DNA of 64,000 nt from positions 212,479 through 276,478 of the forward strand of contig CAVXHQ010000003.1 in the NCBI GenBank assembly GCA_963761735.1, given 5' to 3'. This DNA comes from an uncultured Alphaproteobacteria bacterium (GTDB lineage: Bacteria; Pseudomonadota; Alphaproteobacteria; Rhodobacterales; Rhodobacteraceae). Every line of letters starts with the position of its first letter. Position 1 is the first letter of the stretch. A program made the translations under genes and the position numbers. The notes beneath the pieces were generated by a model, which saw only the letters and a list, made by a program, of their open reading frames with translations, did no database searches and was not told the origin of the DNA. This document shows, piece after piece, positions 28,073-37,741 of this stretch.

Positions 28073-29599
28073 ATGGCCCTGCCCGCGCTCACATTTTCCG
28101 AAGATCAGGCCGAGGCCTGGGATGCCGTGACGGCGTCCCTGCGGCTTGCCGGTGTCGATCTGGACGACAGCCTGCTGCAGCCGCCGCAGACCGACCGGCA
28201 AAGCACCATCGCGGTGATCGGCAAGGCCGGCTCCGGCAAGACGATGCTGCTGGCAAAACTGACAAAGGCGCTGCGCGAGGCGGGCGTCGATATCGTTTCG
28301 GGTGACTGGGAAGGCAAGAAACGCCATAACCGGCGAACCCTCGCGGTACTGGCGCCCACCAACAAGGCGGCAAGTGTGTTGCGTGGCCACGGCGTGCCCG
28401 CAACGACGATCCACCGCATCCTGTACACGCCGATGTATGCGCCCGAATACGAGGCGATTGCCGAATGGCTCGCCGGGCAAGGCGACAAACCCGAGGTCGA
28501 AGGGCTGACCGAAGTCGCCCTCGACCGGGCGCGGATCAGCTATGAAACGCACACTTCGGTGCCTGCCGCGCTGGCGGCGGCGGGTCTGCGCGGATCGGAT
28601 TTCATCACCGGCTGGAAACGGCGCGAAGATCCTCTCGATATCGGGTTCGTCGACGAATCCTCGATGCTGGACGAAAAGCAGTTCGAGGATCTGAAGGACA
28701 TTTTCCCGACGCTGGTCCTGTTCGGCGATCCCGCACAGCTGCCGCCCGTGCAATCGTCCGGCGGCATGGTGTTCGAGACGTTGCCCGCCCCGCGCGTCTT
28801 TTCCCTGAGCCGGGTGCACCGGCAGGACGCGGGCAACCCGATCCTCGATCTGGCGCATGCGCTGGCCGACCCGGACGTCGACTACCACGCCTTTTCGCGG
28901 CTCGTTCACGCGGCGGCCGAAACGGACGAACGGGTTGTCGTGGCGCACCGTGTCGAGGCGGATCTGATGGCCCGCTCGCCGGTGCTGGTGTGGCGCAATG
29001 CGACGCGAATCCGTCTGATCCACGCCTTTCGCGGGGCCTTCGGGGCGCCTGTGGACGAGTTGTTGGCCGGTGAGCCGCTGATCTGCGACGGCATCGAACT
29101 GCCCGCCAAACATCGCAAGAAACGCCTCGACCTCGAGGCGCGGGGGCTGATCAAGGGCGCGCAGGTCGTTTACCTCGGGCCCGGCAAACGGCCCGGATTT
29201 TCGCGCCTGCATGTTTTTGCCGCCGAGGAGCCGCAGGTGTCCGCCGCGTCGATCGTCAAGATCGAACAGGAGGGCGACGCCGAGCCGTTCATCCCCTTCG
29301 CCGCCCGGATGGGGGCGACGTTTCTACACGGCGCGGCTGTCACAATCCACAAAGCGCAAGGATCGCAGTGGGATACGGTGCAGGTCTTCGCGCCGGACAT
29401 CGAAATTGCTGCCCGGATGGGGCGCGTCGAGGCCGGGCAGCCGCTATGGAAACGCCTGACCTATGTCGCGATCACGCGGGCGGAAACGCAGTTGCGCTGG
29501 GTCGTGCGCTCTATGCTGGCGAAACCGACGGCACCGTTGCGGATCGACGACCTTGGCGGCACGCCTGCCGCACTGACATTGGAAACAGCGCCCGACTGA
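28073..29599 (+). CDS. RecD/Dda-like SF1B DNA helicase (AAA_30 plus UvrD_C_2 type)
   Basis: Walker A GKAGSGKT, Walker B FVDESSM, GDPAQLPPV, TIHKAQGSQWD, YVAITRA motifs; 508 aa. Confidence 0.75.
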   Translation: MALPALTFSEDQAEAWDAVTASLRLAGVDLDDSLLQPPQTDRQSTIAVIGKAGSGKTMLLAKLTKALREAGVDIVSGDWEGKKRHNRRTLAVLAPTNKAASVLRGHGVPATTIHRILYTPMYAPEYEAIAEWLAGQGDKPEVEGLTEVALDRARISYETHTSVPAALAAAGLRGSDFITGWKRREDPLDIGFVDESSMLDEKQFEDLKDIFPTLVLFGDPAQLPPVQSSGGMVFETLPAPRVFSLSRVHRQDAGNPILDLAHALADPDVDYHAFSRLVHAAAETDERVVVAHRVEADLMARSPVLVWRNATRIRLIHAFRGAFGAPVDELLAGEPLICDGIELPAKHRKKRLDLEARGLIKGAQVVYLGPGKRPGFSRLHVFAAEEPQVSAASIVKIEQEGDAEPFIPFAARMGATFLHGAAVTIHKAQGSQWDTVQVFAPDIEIAARMGRVEAGQPLWKRLTYVAITRAETQLRWVVRSMLAKPTAPLRIDDLGGTPAALTLETAPD

Positions 29600-29628
29600 C
29601 ACGGCAGGGGGCCAGCCCCCTGACCCCC

Positions 29629-29801
29629 GGGATATTTCAGGCAGGATGAAAGTAGCACGACCCGATTAAACCTCACGTTAACCAAAAACGGGGAGCCTAC
29701 GTGTGCGGTACAGGCTGGGAAGCCGATGACCGTGCAGGGTGAAGCGCGAGTTTCATTCAGGGGGCAGGACGGGTAGTTTCATCCTGCCCCCAAATATCCC
29801 C
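29629..29801. repeat. ~175 bp element bounded by ~26-bp imperfect inverted repeats, with an internal perfect hairpin
   Basis: Left arm GGGATATTTCAGGCAGGATGAAAGTA (29629-29654). Right arm TAGTTTCATCCTGCCCCCAAATATCCC (29774-29800). Internal GGGGGCAGGA-12 nt-TCCTGCCCCC (29760-29791). Confidence 0.55.
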
Positions 29802-29840
29802 GCCGGAGGCATCCGGCATCGGCCTCGGGCACCGACCAAT

Positions 29841-31112
29841 TCAGTTTCGCGCCGCCTCGACGCTGTCGTCCCATGTCCGCAGACCGTGCACCGGCGCCTG
29901 TACGAGAACCGACATATTCCCCGGCTTGTGCTCGTTTCGGCGCATTTTGGTATGCGCCTCTGGGACTGCATCCCATTTGAAACATTCGGACATGCACGGA
30001 TCGAGGCGCTGGCCGCACATCAGCTCGTTTGCCGCAGACGCCTGTTTCAGATTGGCGAAATGCGAGCCCTGCACACGCTTTTGGTGCATCCACAGATAGC
30101 GCGCATCGATCGTCAGGTTGTAACCCGTCGTGCCCGCGCAGATCACGACCATGCCACCGCGTTTGACCACGAGGGTGGACACCGGGAACGTCGCCTCGCC
30201 GGGATGTTCGAACACCATGTCGACGTTGACACCTTTGCCGGTGATCGCCCAGATCGCCTTGCCGAAACGGCGCGCTTCTTTCGTCCAGACGGCGAACTCG
30301 GGCGTGTTCACCGTTGGCAATTGCCCCCAGCAATCGAATTCCTTGCGGTTGATGACGCCTTTGGCACCAAGGCCCATGACGAACGCGCGCTTGTCCTCAT
30401 CCGAGATCACGCCGATCGCATTGCCCCCCGCGGCATTGATCAACTGGATCGCGTAGGAGCCGAGACCGCCCGACGCGCCCCAGACGAGGACGTTCTGACC
30501 GGGGCGCAGCTCGTGCGGTTTGTGGCCAAAGAGCATGCGCCAGGCCGTCGCCAGCGTCAGGGTATAGCAGGCACTTTCTTCCCAGGTCTGGTGCGCGGGA
30601 CGGCGCATGAGTTGTTGGGACTGTACGCAGGTGAACTGCGCGAAGGAGCCGTCTGGGGTCTCATAGCCCCAGATCCGCTGCGATTCCGAAAACATCGGAT
30701 CGCCGCCGTTGCATTCCTCGTCGTCGCCGTCGTCCTGATTGCAGTGGATCACGACCTCGTCGCCGACTTTCCAGCGTTTTACCTTGTCGCCCACCGCCCA
30801 GACGATGCCGGAGGCGTCAGATCCCGCGATATGATAGTCGGCGCCGTGTACGTCGAACGGCGAGATCGGCAGGCCGAGGCCCGCCCAGACGCCGTTATAA
30901 TTCACACCCGCGGCCATCACCATCACCAGAACCTCGTGGCTGTCGGGGCGCGGCGTATCGACCACCTCGAGCTTAAAGCTTTGGTCGGGCTCGCCGTGGC
31001 GTTCGCGGCGGATCGCCCAGCAATGCATCTGGTCGGGGACATGGCCCGGGGGGGGCAATTCGCCCACGGCATAGAGGGATTTACGCGCGGGGGTGGCGGC
31101 GTCGAGGGCCAT
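29841..31112 (-). CDS. ccr: crotonyl-CoA carboxylase/reductase
   Basis: Start at the internal ATG with AAGGAGAG RBS. MALDAATPARKSLYAVGELP..., GVNYNGVWA, VLVWGASGGLGSYAIQL, ICAGTTGYN, typical of Ccr. Divergent ecm lies nearby. Confidence 0.9.
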   Translation of the reverse strand: MALDAATPARKSLYAVGELPPPGHVPDQMHCWAIRRERHGEPDQSFKLEVVDTPRPDSHEVLVMVMAAGVNYNGVWAGLGLPISPFDVHGADYHIAGSDASGIVWAVGDKVKRWKVGDEVVIHCNQDDGDDEECNGGDPMFSESQRIWGYETPDGSFAQFTCVQSQQLMRRPAHQTWEESACYTLTLATAWRMLFGHKPHELRPGQNVLVWGASGGLGSYAIQLINAAGGNAIGVISDEDKRAFVMGLGAKGVINRKEFDCWGQLPTVNTPEFAVWTKEARRFGKAIWAITGKGVNVDMVFEHPGEATFPVSTLVVKRGGMVVICAGTTGYNLTIDARYLWMHQKRVQGSHFANLKQASAANELMCGQRLDPCMSECFKWDAVPEAHTKMRRNEHKPGNMSVLVQAPVHGLRTWDDSVEAARN

Positions 31113-31145
31113 GTCTTCTCTCCTTGGGGCGTGCTGCGGTGCAGA

Positions 31146-31193
31146 ATGGATATCCATGACCCCGTCATAGGTTTTGCAACGCAATATTGCAAC
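31146..31193 (-). promoter_or_regulatory. cluster of palindromes and direct repeats in the ccr leader
   Basis: ATGGATATCCAT (31146-31157), ATGAC-ccc-GTCAT (31156-31168), GCAATATTGC (31181-31190), and TTGCAAC repeated at 31174 and 31187. Confidence 0.4.
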
Positions 31194-31195
31194 GC

Positions 31196-32602
31196 CTAAG
31201 AGATTTTTTGCGTAACTTTATGTCTCTCTGAACAAGACGCTTCGAGGTGCAGGAAATGATGGGCAATGGAATTTGCATAGAAATCCACAGCCCGCAGCGC
31301 CCCGTCGACAATTGAAACCGCAGTACCGTCAATGGCGATGAAACCGCGACCCTCGAGGTTGGCCAGGCCGTCGGTCGTCACTGTTGCTGCGTCGCGGCGC
31401 GGCAGCGTGGCCCCCGCCCCGGCGAGCGCGTGCAGGTCCGCGGCCACGGCGGCCTGCACCTGTGCCACGGTTGCGCCACGGCCGTCGCGCAAAACGCGCG
31501 CAACCAGCGGCACGGGCAGCACCGGCGTCACGGCAGCAACGCGGGCCATCAGTTCGGCGGCGAGCGCCTCGGTCGGCTCGGCGCCGAGATCCTCGATGAA
31601 ACCCGACAGCGCCAGCGGCGCGCCGAACCCCACCGAGGCCGTGCCGAATTTGTTGAAACGGAACGTGACCCGCAGCAGGAAATGCCGTCCCAGCCCGCTC
31701 AGAACCGTCCAGAGCGGCGGGCGAAACCGTCGCACGCCTGTCGTGCCGGCGGCGATCAGGAACTTGTCTTCGAGGACCCGGTCATAGTTGATCGCCACGG
31801 GCACGAAGATCACGTCGCGCTGTCCCGGCTGATACCCCGACACGATATAGTTCAGGATCCCGAGCTTGGGCTTGGCGATCTTGCCGTCGAGGCTGAGCCC
31901 GCCTTCGGGAAAAAACGCCTGCGTGACGCCGCCCTGCACCGCCATCTGAACATAGCGCGCAAGGACGCGACGATAGAGCGCGGACCGGTTGCGCCGCCGG
32001 ATGAAGAACGCGCCCATCGTCCGGATCACCGCCGAAAGCGGCCAGATCCGCGCCCATTCGCCCACCGCATAGGACAGGGCCGACGCGCGGCTGACAAGGT
32101 AGGTGACGAGGACATAGTCCATGTTGGACCGGTGGTTCATCACGAACACGACGCTTGCATCGGGGTCGATCGTGTCGAGGCGTGCCCTGTCGAAGGCACC
32201 CAGACGGATCCGGTAGAGCGACCGCGACAGCCAGCGGGCAAACCGCATGCCGAAGGTGAAATAGGCGGTCGCCGAAAAACCCGGCACGATCTCGCGCGCA
32301 TAATCGCGGGCCTTCTCGAAGGCCACGTTTTCCGGGACCTTGTTGGAGCGGGCATGTTCGACGATGGCCTCGGTCACCTGCGGATCATAGATCAGCCGCT
32401 GAATCATGTCATAGCGGCGCGCCAGCTTGAACGGCTCTATCGGGCGGGTCAGCCGCTTGTTCAGGCGGGCGACGACCCGTTCCATCCGCTTGCGGAAAAA
32501 CCACCGGACCGAGGGGAACAGGAAATGCGACGCAAACGTCACGCCCGCAAACAGCAGGATCAACACGAAAAGCCAGAAGGGAAGCGTGATCGGCTGCGTC
32601 AT
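31196..32602 (-). CDS. PlsB/PlsC-type glycerolipid acyltransferase
   Basis: N-terminal TM helix, HX4D motif VMNHRSNMDY, FFIRR, FPEGGLS blocks; 468 aa. Confidence 0.7.
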   Translation of the reverse strand: MTQPITLPFWLFVLILLFAGVTFASHFLFPSVRWFFRKRMERVVARLNKRLTRPIEPFKLARRYDMIQRLIYDPQVTEAIVEHARSNKVPENVAFEKARDYAREIVPGFSATAYFTFGMRFARWLSRSLYRIRLGAFDRARLDTIDPDASVVFVMNHRSNMDYVLVTYLVSRASALSYAVGEWARIWPLSAVIRTMGAFFIRRRNRSALYRRVLARYVQMAVQGGVTQAFFPEGGLSLDGKIAKPKLGILNYIVSGYQPGQRDVIFVPVAINYDRVLEDKFLIAAGTTGVRRFRPPLWTVLSGLGRHFLLRVTFRFNKFGTASVGFGAPLALSGFIEDLGAEPTEALAAELMARVAAVTPVLPVPLVARVLRDGRGATVAQVQAAVAADLHALAGAGATLPRRDAATVTTDGLANLEGRGFIAIDGTAVSIVDGALRAVDFYANSIAHHFLHLEASCSERHKVTQKIS

Positions 32603-32706
32603 GGCGCGACCGTCGCAGGCTTGGCCACCGGCGTAAATCCATTACATTGATCGTATTCGGCGGTGTGGCACAGATCGGGGCGGTGTGGTTGCTGCGCTGC
32701 GGCGAA

Positions 32707-32737
32707 TTGACAGCGCCACGAAATTGCGCCCTATATC
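32707..32737 (+). promoter_or_regulatory. candidate sigma70 promoter of ecm
   Basis: TTGACA (32707-32712), then 18-19 nt, then CTATAT/TATATC. About 38 nt before the ATG at 32775. Confidence 0.3.
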
Positions 32738-32774
32738 GCGCAGACGCCACAATCTTGCGCAGACTGGAGATACG

Positions 32775-34781
32775 ATGACCGAGAGGGCACAACCCTGGCT
32801 CATCCGCACCTATGCGGGCCATTCCACTGCCGCCGCCTCGAATGCGCTGTATCGGGCCAATCTGGAAAAGGGGCAGACCGGCCTGTCGGTTGCCTTCGAT
32901 CTGCCGACGCAGACGGGATATGACAGCGATCATGTGCTGGCGCGGGGCGAGGTGGGCAAGGTCGGCGTTCCGGTCTGCCATCTGGGCGATATGCGCGCGC
33001 TGTTCGACGGTATTCCACTGGACCGGATGAATACGTCGATGACGATAAATGCGACGGCGCCCTGGCTGCTCGCCCTTTACGTCGCCTTGGCCGAGGAAAA
33101 AGGCGCGGACCTTAAATCCCTTCAGGGCACCGTGCAGAACGATATCATAAAGGAATACCTCAGCCGCGGCACCTATATTTGCCCGCCCGAACCAAGCCTT
33201 CGGATGATTACCGACGTTGCGGCATGGTGTCGCACCAATTTGCCAAAATGGAACCCGATGAACGTCTGCTCCTATCACCTGCAAGAGGCGGGGGCGGTGC
33301 CCGAAGAAGAACTGGCATTTGCACTTGCGACGGCGACGGCAGTCCTCGACGATCTGCAAAAAAAGGTGAAGCCGGCGGACTTTCCGGAAATGGTCGGGCG
33401 TATTTCGTTTTTCGTAAATGCCGGTATCCGGTTCGTGACCGAAATGTGCAAGATGCGCGCCTTTGTCGAGTTGTGGGACGAGATCTGCCTGAAACGATAC
33501 GGCGTGCAGGAGGCGCGCTATCGCAGGTTCCGGTACGGCGTTCAGGTAAATTCGCTGGGTCTGACAGAACAGCAGCCAGAGAATAACGTGTACCGCATCC
33601 TGATCGAGATGCTGGCCGTGACTCTGTCAAAGAACGCGCGGGCGCGCGCCGTTCAATTGCCCGCATGGAATGAGGCGCTCGGGCTGCCGCGCCCGTGGGA
33701 CCAGCAATGGTCGATGCGGATGCAACAGATCCTCGCCTATGAAACCGACCTGCTGGAGTTTGATGATCTGTTCGAGTGCAATCCGGCAATCGACCGCAAG
33801 GTGGCCGAATTGAAGGACGGCGCCCGCGCCGAACTGGCGCAGATTGATGCGATGGGCGGTGCCGTCGGGGCCATTGCCTATATGAAATCGCGGCTGGTCG
33901 AAAGCAACGCCGCGCGCATTTCGGGGATTGAATCCGGCGCCACGACCGTTGTCGGCGTGAACCGGTTTCAGGGCAGCGAGGCATCGCCCCTTTTGGCAGG
34001 CGCGGAGGCCGTGATGCAGGCCGACGATGGCGCCGAGGCCGATCAATGCGCCCAACTTGCCGCGTGGAAAGAAGCGCGGCGCGGCAACGAGGTGCAACGC
34101 GCCCTTGTTGCGTTGCGCGAGGCGGCAAAGCGCGGCATCAACATCATGGGCCCCTCCGTCGCCTGCGCCAAGGCAGGGGTGACGACGGGCGAATGGGCAG
34201 AAACGATTCGCGGCGTTTTCGGTAATTATCGCGCGCCCACAGGCGTAGCGACGACGCCGTCGAACCGGACGGAGGGCCTCGAAGATATCCGCGCCGATGT
34301 CGACCGGGTCAGTGCAATGCTCGGTCGGCGATTATCGTTCATGATGGGCAAACCGGGCCTCGACGGCCATTCGAATGGCGCGGAGCAGATCGCGGCGCGT
34401 GCCCGCGATTGCGGCATGGAAATTCGCTATGACGGTATCAGAATGACGCCCGAGGAAATCGTCACCCAGGTCCGCCGGACGAAGCCGCATGTCCTTGGCC
34501 TGTCGGTTCTTTCGGGCAGTCATGTCACGCTGGTCCGCGAAATTCTGCACCGGCTGAAACTCAATGGCCTTGAGGATATGCCGGTTGTTTTGGGCGGTAT
34601 CATTCCCGAGGCCGATCTGGACGATCTGCGTGCAATCGGCGTCGCCAGGATTTATACGCCAAAGGATTTTCAGCTCAATACCATCATGCACGATATCGTC
34701 ACACTCGCAGAGATGGGCCATTCACAAAGTATTAACAAAGAGTTAATCAGTGATATTTCAGATGAGAGTTTGTCGACATAA
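32775..34781 (+). CDS. ecm: ethylmalonyl-CoA mutase (B12-dependent acyl-CoA mutase family)
   Basis: WLIRTYAGHSTA..SN..YR.NL.KGQTGLSVAFDLPTQ.GYDSD mutase signature. C-terminal B12-binding domain (KPGLDGHSNGAEQI). Adjacent to ccr. The last ~20 codons are AT-rich. Confidence 0.85.
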   Translation: MTERAQPWLIRTYAGHSTAAASNALYRANLEKGQTGLSVAFDLPTQTGYDSDHVLARGEVGKVGVPVCHLGDMRALFDGIPLDRMNTSMTINATAPWLLALYVALAEEKGADLKSLQGTVQNDIIKEYLSRGTYICPPEPSLRMITDVAAWCRTNLPKWNPMNVCSYHLQEAGAVPEEELAFALATATAVLDDLQKKVKPADFPEMVGRISFFVNAGIRFVTEMCKMRAFVELWDEICLKRYGVQEARYRRFRYGVQVNSLGLTEQQPENNVYRILIEMLAVTLSKNARARAVQLPAWNEALGLPRPWDQQWSMRMQQILAYETDLLEFDDLFECNPAIDRKVAELKDGARAELAQIDAMGGAVGAIAYMKSRLVESNAARISGIESGATTVVGVNRFQGSEASPLLAGAEAVMQADDGAEADQCAQLAAWKEARRGNEVQRALVALREAAKRGINIMGPSVACAKAGVTTGEWAETIRGVFGNYRAPTGVATTPSNRTEGLEDIRADVDRVSAMLGRRLSFMMGKPGLDGHSNGAEQIAARARDCGMEIRYDGIRMTPEEIVTQVRRTKPHVLGLSVLSGSHVTLVREILHRLKLNGLEDMPVVLGGIIPEADLDDLRAIGVARIYTPKDFQLNTIMHDIVTLAEMGHSQSINKELISDISDESLST

Positions 34782-34894
34782 GCCCCTATGGCGCAATGAA
34801 ACCGATCGGCGCGATGGCGCCGAATAGCCCCTTCGAACCAATCGATACGTAATTCGCGCTTGGCAATGTCGTCCGTGCAATCTAAAGGAATGGC

Positions 34895-35248
34895 ATGACC
34901 GAAAATTCAGGGATCGAAATCATGTCTGTTGACCTCAATCAAATGTCGAGAAAAGAACTGTCCAAACTGGCGCGCGATATCGACAAGGCGCTTGCCTCTG
35001 TCGACAAGCGCGAACAAAAGGCCGCTTTGGATGCGGCCGAGAAAGCAGCGGCTGAACATGGGTTTTCCCTGTCCGAGCTGACCGGTGCCGCTTCCGGCGG
35101 AAAAAAGAAAAAGGCGGGCTCCGTCAATCCGCCGAAATTCCGCAATCCGGAAGACGCGACGCAAACCTGGTCGGGCCGCGGTCGTAAACCGGCATGGATC
35201 AATGCCGCCGAGGCCGCTGGCAAAGATATTGCCGCCTTCGAGATTTAG
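34895..35248 (+). CDS. hvrA: H-NS family nucleoid-associated protein (HvrA-like)
   Basis: Coiled N-terminus ([17 protein letters not shown]) and C-terminal DNA-binding motif [12 protein letters not shown]. The true start may be the second ATG at 34922 (MSVDLNQMS...). Confidence 0.8.
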   Translation: MTENSGIEIMSVDLNQMSRKELSKLARDIDKALASVDKREQKAALDAAEKAAAEHGFSLSELTGAASGGKKKKAGSVNPPKFRNPEDATQTWSGRGRKPAWINAAEAAGKDIAAFEI

Positions 35249-35270
35249 GCCTTACCGAATTGTGACAATT

Positions 35271-35305
35271 GGCGGCCACTCCGATCGGGTGAGCCGCCAT
35301 TTTTA
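35271..35305 (+). terminator. intrinsic terminator after the H-NS gene
   Basis: GGCGGCCAC-tccgatcgg-GTGAGCCGCC followed by ATTTTTAT. Confidence 0.6.
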
Positions 35306-35333
35306 TGGTTGTGAATGTCAGCAGGAGACCGGC

Positions 35334-36038
35334 ATGAGCCTTCATATTGGCGCATCCCCCGGCGATATCGCCCCCACTGTCCTAATGCCGGGCGATCCCT
35401 ATCGCGCCCGCTGGGCGGCGCAGACGTTCCTCGATGCGCCGCGCCTCGTCAACGAGGTGCGCGGCATGTTGGGGTACACCGGCACATGGCACGACCACGA
35501 CGTCACGATCCAAGGATCGGGTATGGGCATGGCGTCGATGGGGATCTATGCCACCGAACTCATGCGCGACTACGGCGCCAAAACCTTGATCCGCATCGGA
35601 TCCTGTGGTGCGTTGCAAGAGAATGTGGCCCTGCGCGACGTCGTGCTGGCGATGACCGCGTCGAGTATCACGATCCCGTCGGGGACGTTGTTTCGCGAGG
35701 CGAATTTCGCGCCCTGTGCCGATTTCGGCCTGCTGCGCGCGGCCCATGATGCGGCGACGACCAAAGGTATCCGGTGCCACACCGGCGGCATCTACAGCTC
35801 GGATAATTTCTACGACGAACGCAAGGATCTGATGGATGTCCTGCGCCGACACGGCACCCTCGCCGTCGAGATGGAGGCCGCCGAACTCTATACCATCGCC
35901 GCTCGCCACGGTGTACGCGCCCTTGGCGTCATGACGGTGAGCGATCATGTTCTGACAGGCGACGATCTGACCGCACGGGATCGAGAACAGAGCTTTGGCG
36001 ACATGGTAGAAATCGCGCTTCAGGCGGCCTTCGCCTGA
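35334..36038 (+). CDS. deoD: purine nucleoside phosphorylase, hexameric DeoD type
   Basis: [45 protein letters not shown] motifs. RBS GCAGGAG. Confidence 0.85.
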   Translation: MSLHIGASPGDIAPTVLMPGDPYRARWAAQTFLDAPRLVNEVRGMLGYTGTWHDHDVTIQGSGMGMASMGIYATELMRDYGAKTLIRIGSCGALQENVALRDVVLAMTASSITIPSGTLFREANFAPCADFGLLRAAHDAATTKGIRCHTGGIYSSDNFYDERKDLMDVLRRHGTLAVEMEAAELYTIAARHGVRALGVMTVSDHVLTGDDLTARDREQSFGDMVEIALQAAFA

Positions 36039-36042
36039 GGCC

Positions 36043-36885
36043 TCAGGTGCCGTGCGACCGGTCGTAGGCGTTCGACGCGGGCACGGTCCAGCCCGCCAGG
36101 GCGCCCGTGACCGGCGTCAGGACATCCATCCGCAACGGGTGGCACACCGCCACATCGCTTGAATGCACGGTGCCGCAATCACCGCCCGGACAGGCGCTGA
36201 GGATGGCCAACAGGTCGATCTCGGCGAACAGCGTCAGGGCGTCGCCTGGGCGTACGGGGCTCGCCTTCATGAAATACTGGCCGGTATCGCGGGTAAAACC
36301 GGTGCACATGAATACGTTAAGGACGTCGTGGACAAGGCCTTCGGCATCGGCCAGTGACATCTGCGTGCCGGCGGCCAGAGCGCGGGTCAGGTTGGAGTGG
36401 CAGCAGTGGTGATAGTCGCTACCGCTGAGCAGGCGGTGCGTGTAGGGATCGCACCGCGTGCCGATCACATCGTGAATGCCGCCGCCGAACGCATCGATGC
36501 CGTACCATTCAAGGGTATCCGCTACGATCGTCGCCAGTGGCCGCAGATGCGGAAATGTCGACCAAAGCCTGTCGCCCCTCGTTACATGGGTGCCGTGCAG
36601 CGCGCGGGTCTTGCCCGAGTAGAACCGCTCTGTCAGGTCGTTCGCATTGAACAGGTTCAGATCGCCGACCTGCGGCCCCTCGACGGACAGAATACGCAGA
36701 AACGACCCCGCGGGCACATGGATCGCGCGCGCATCGCGGGGCGGGACCGTCACGTTCGCCGATGCCGATGCCTCGTCCAGCACCCGGGCATAAAGCGACA
36801 GATCCGGGACGGGCAGCGCATCCGCAGGATAGCAGATGACCGGTGCTACGGCACGGCGCGTTGCAGCGTCGGCAGGCTCGGTCAC
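36043..36885 (-). CDS. DUF1989 (urea carboxylase-associated) family protein
   Basis: 280 aa. G.F.RI....G.QV.DLN.FN, HCCHSNL and related patterns recalled for DUF1989/COG3665. Convergent with deoD. Confidence 0.65.
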   Translation of the reverse strand: MTEPADAATRRAVAPVICYPADALPVPDLSLYARVLDEASASANVTVPPRDARAIHVPAGSFLRILSVEGPQVGDLNLFNANDLTERFYSGKTRALHGTHVTRGDRLWSTFPHLRPLATIVADTLEWYGIDAFGGGIHDVIGTRCDPYTHRLLSGSDYHHCCHSNLTRALAAGTQMSLADAEGLVHDVLNVFMCTGFTRDTGQYFMKASPVRPGDALTLFAEIDLLAILSACPGGDCGTVHSSDVAVCHPLRMDVLTPVTGALAGWTVPASNAYDRSHGT

Positions 36886-36961
36886 GGTTGTAACCGCACG
36901 AATTCTTTCAAAGAATTCGACGTCGATTTCTTCGAAAGAAATCGTGGCCCCGCGCGCGACA

Positions 36962-37741
36962 TCAGATTACCCGCTCGACCATCATCTTCTTGATGTCCGA
37001 AATCGCCGCCGCCGGGTTCAGGCCCTTGGGGCAGGATTTGGCGCAGTTCATGATGGTGTGACAACGATACAGCTTGAACGGGTCCTCGAGATCGTCGAGC
37101 CGCTCGCCCGTCGCCTCGTCGCGGCTGTCGATGATCCAGCGGTGCGCCGCCAGCAATGCGGCTGGCCCAAGATACTTGTCGCCGTTCCACCAGTACGATG
37201 GGCAGGACGTCGAACAGCAGGCGCACAGGATACACTCGTAATGTCCGTCGAGCTTTTCGCGGTCCTCGACCGATTGCTTCCACTCTTTCGCGGGTGGATT
37301 GGTTTCGGTCTCCAGCCACGGCTTGATCGACGCGTGCTGCGCGTAGAAATGCGTGAGGTCGGGGATCAGATCCTTGACCACCGGCATGTGCGGCAGCGGA
37401 TAGATCTTGATGTCGCCCTTCACCTCTTCCATGCCGTGGATGCACGCGAGCGTGTTCACGCCGTCGATGTTCATCGCGCAAGACCCGCAAATCCCCTCGC
37501 GGCAGGACCGGCGGAACGTCAGCGTCGGGTCGATTTCGGATTTGATCTTGATCAGCGCATCCAGAATCATCGGCCCGCAGGTATCCATGTCGACGAAATA
37601 GGTGTCGACGCGGGGCGTTTCGCCGCTCTCCTCGTTCCAGCGATAAATCTTGAACGTCCGCAGGTTTTTTGCGCCTTCGGGCTTGGGCCACGTCTTGCCA
37701 TGGGTGATGCGGCTGTTTTTGGGCAGGGTCAGCTGGACCAT
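36962..37741 (-). CDS. sdhB: succinate dehydrogenase iron-sulfur subunit
   Basis: FKIYRW..., [26 protein letters not shown] and [15 protein letters not shown] cluster motifs. Confidence 0.95.
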   Translation of the reverse strand: MVQLTLPKNSRITHGKTWPKPEGAKNLRTFKIYRWNEESGETPRVDTYFVDMDTCGPMILDALIKIKSEIDPTLTFRRSCREGICGSCAMNIDGVNTLACIHGMEEVKGDIKIYPLPHMPVVKDLIPDLTHFYAQHASIKPWLETETNPPAKEWKQSVEDREKLDGHYECILCACCSTSCPSYWWNGDKYLGPAALLAAHRWIIDSRDEATGERLDDLEDPFKLYRCHTIMNCAKSCPKGLNPAAAISDIKKMMVERVI

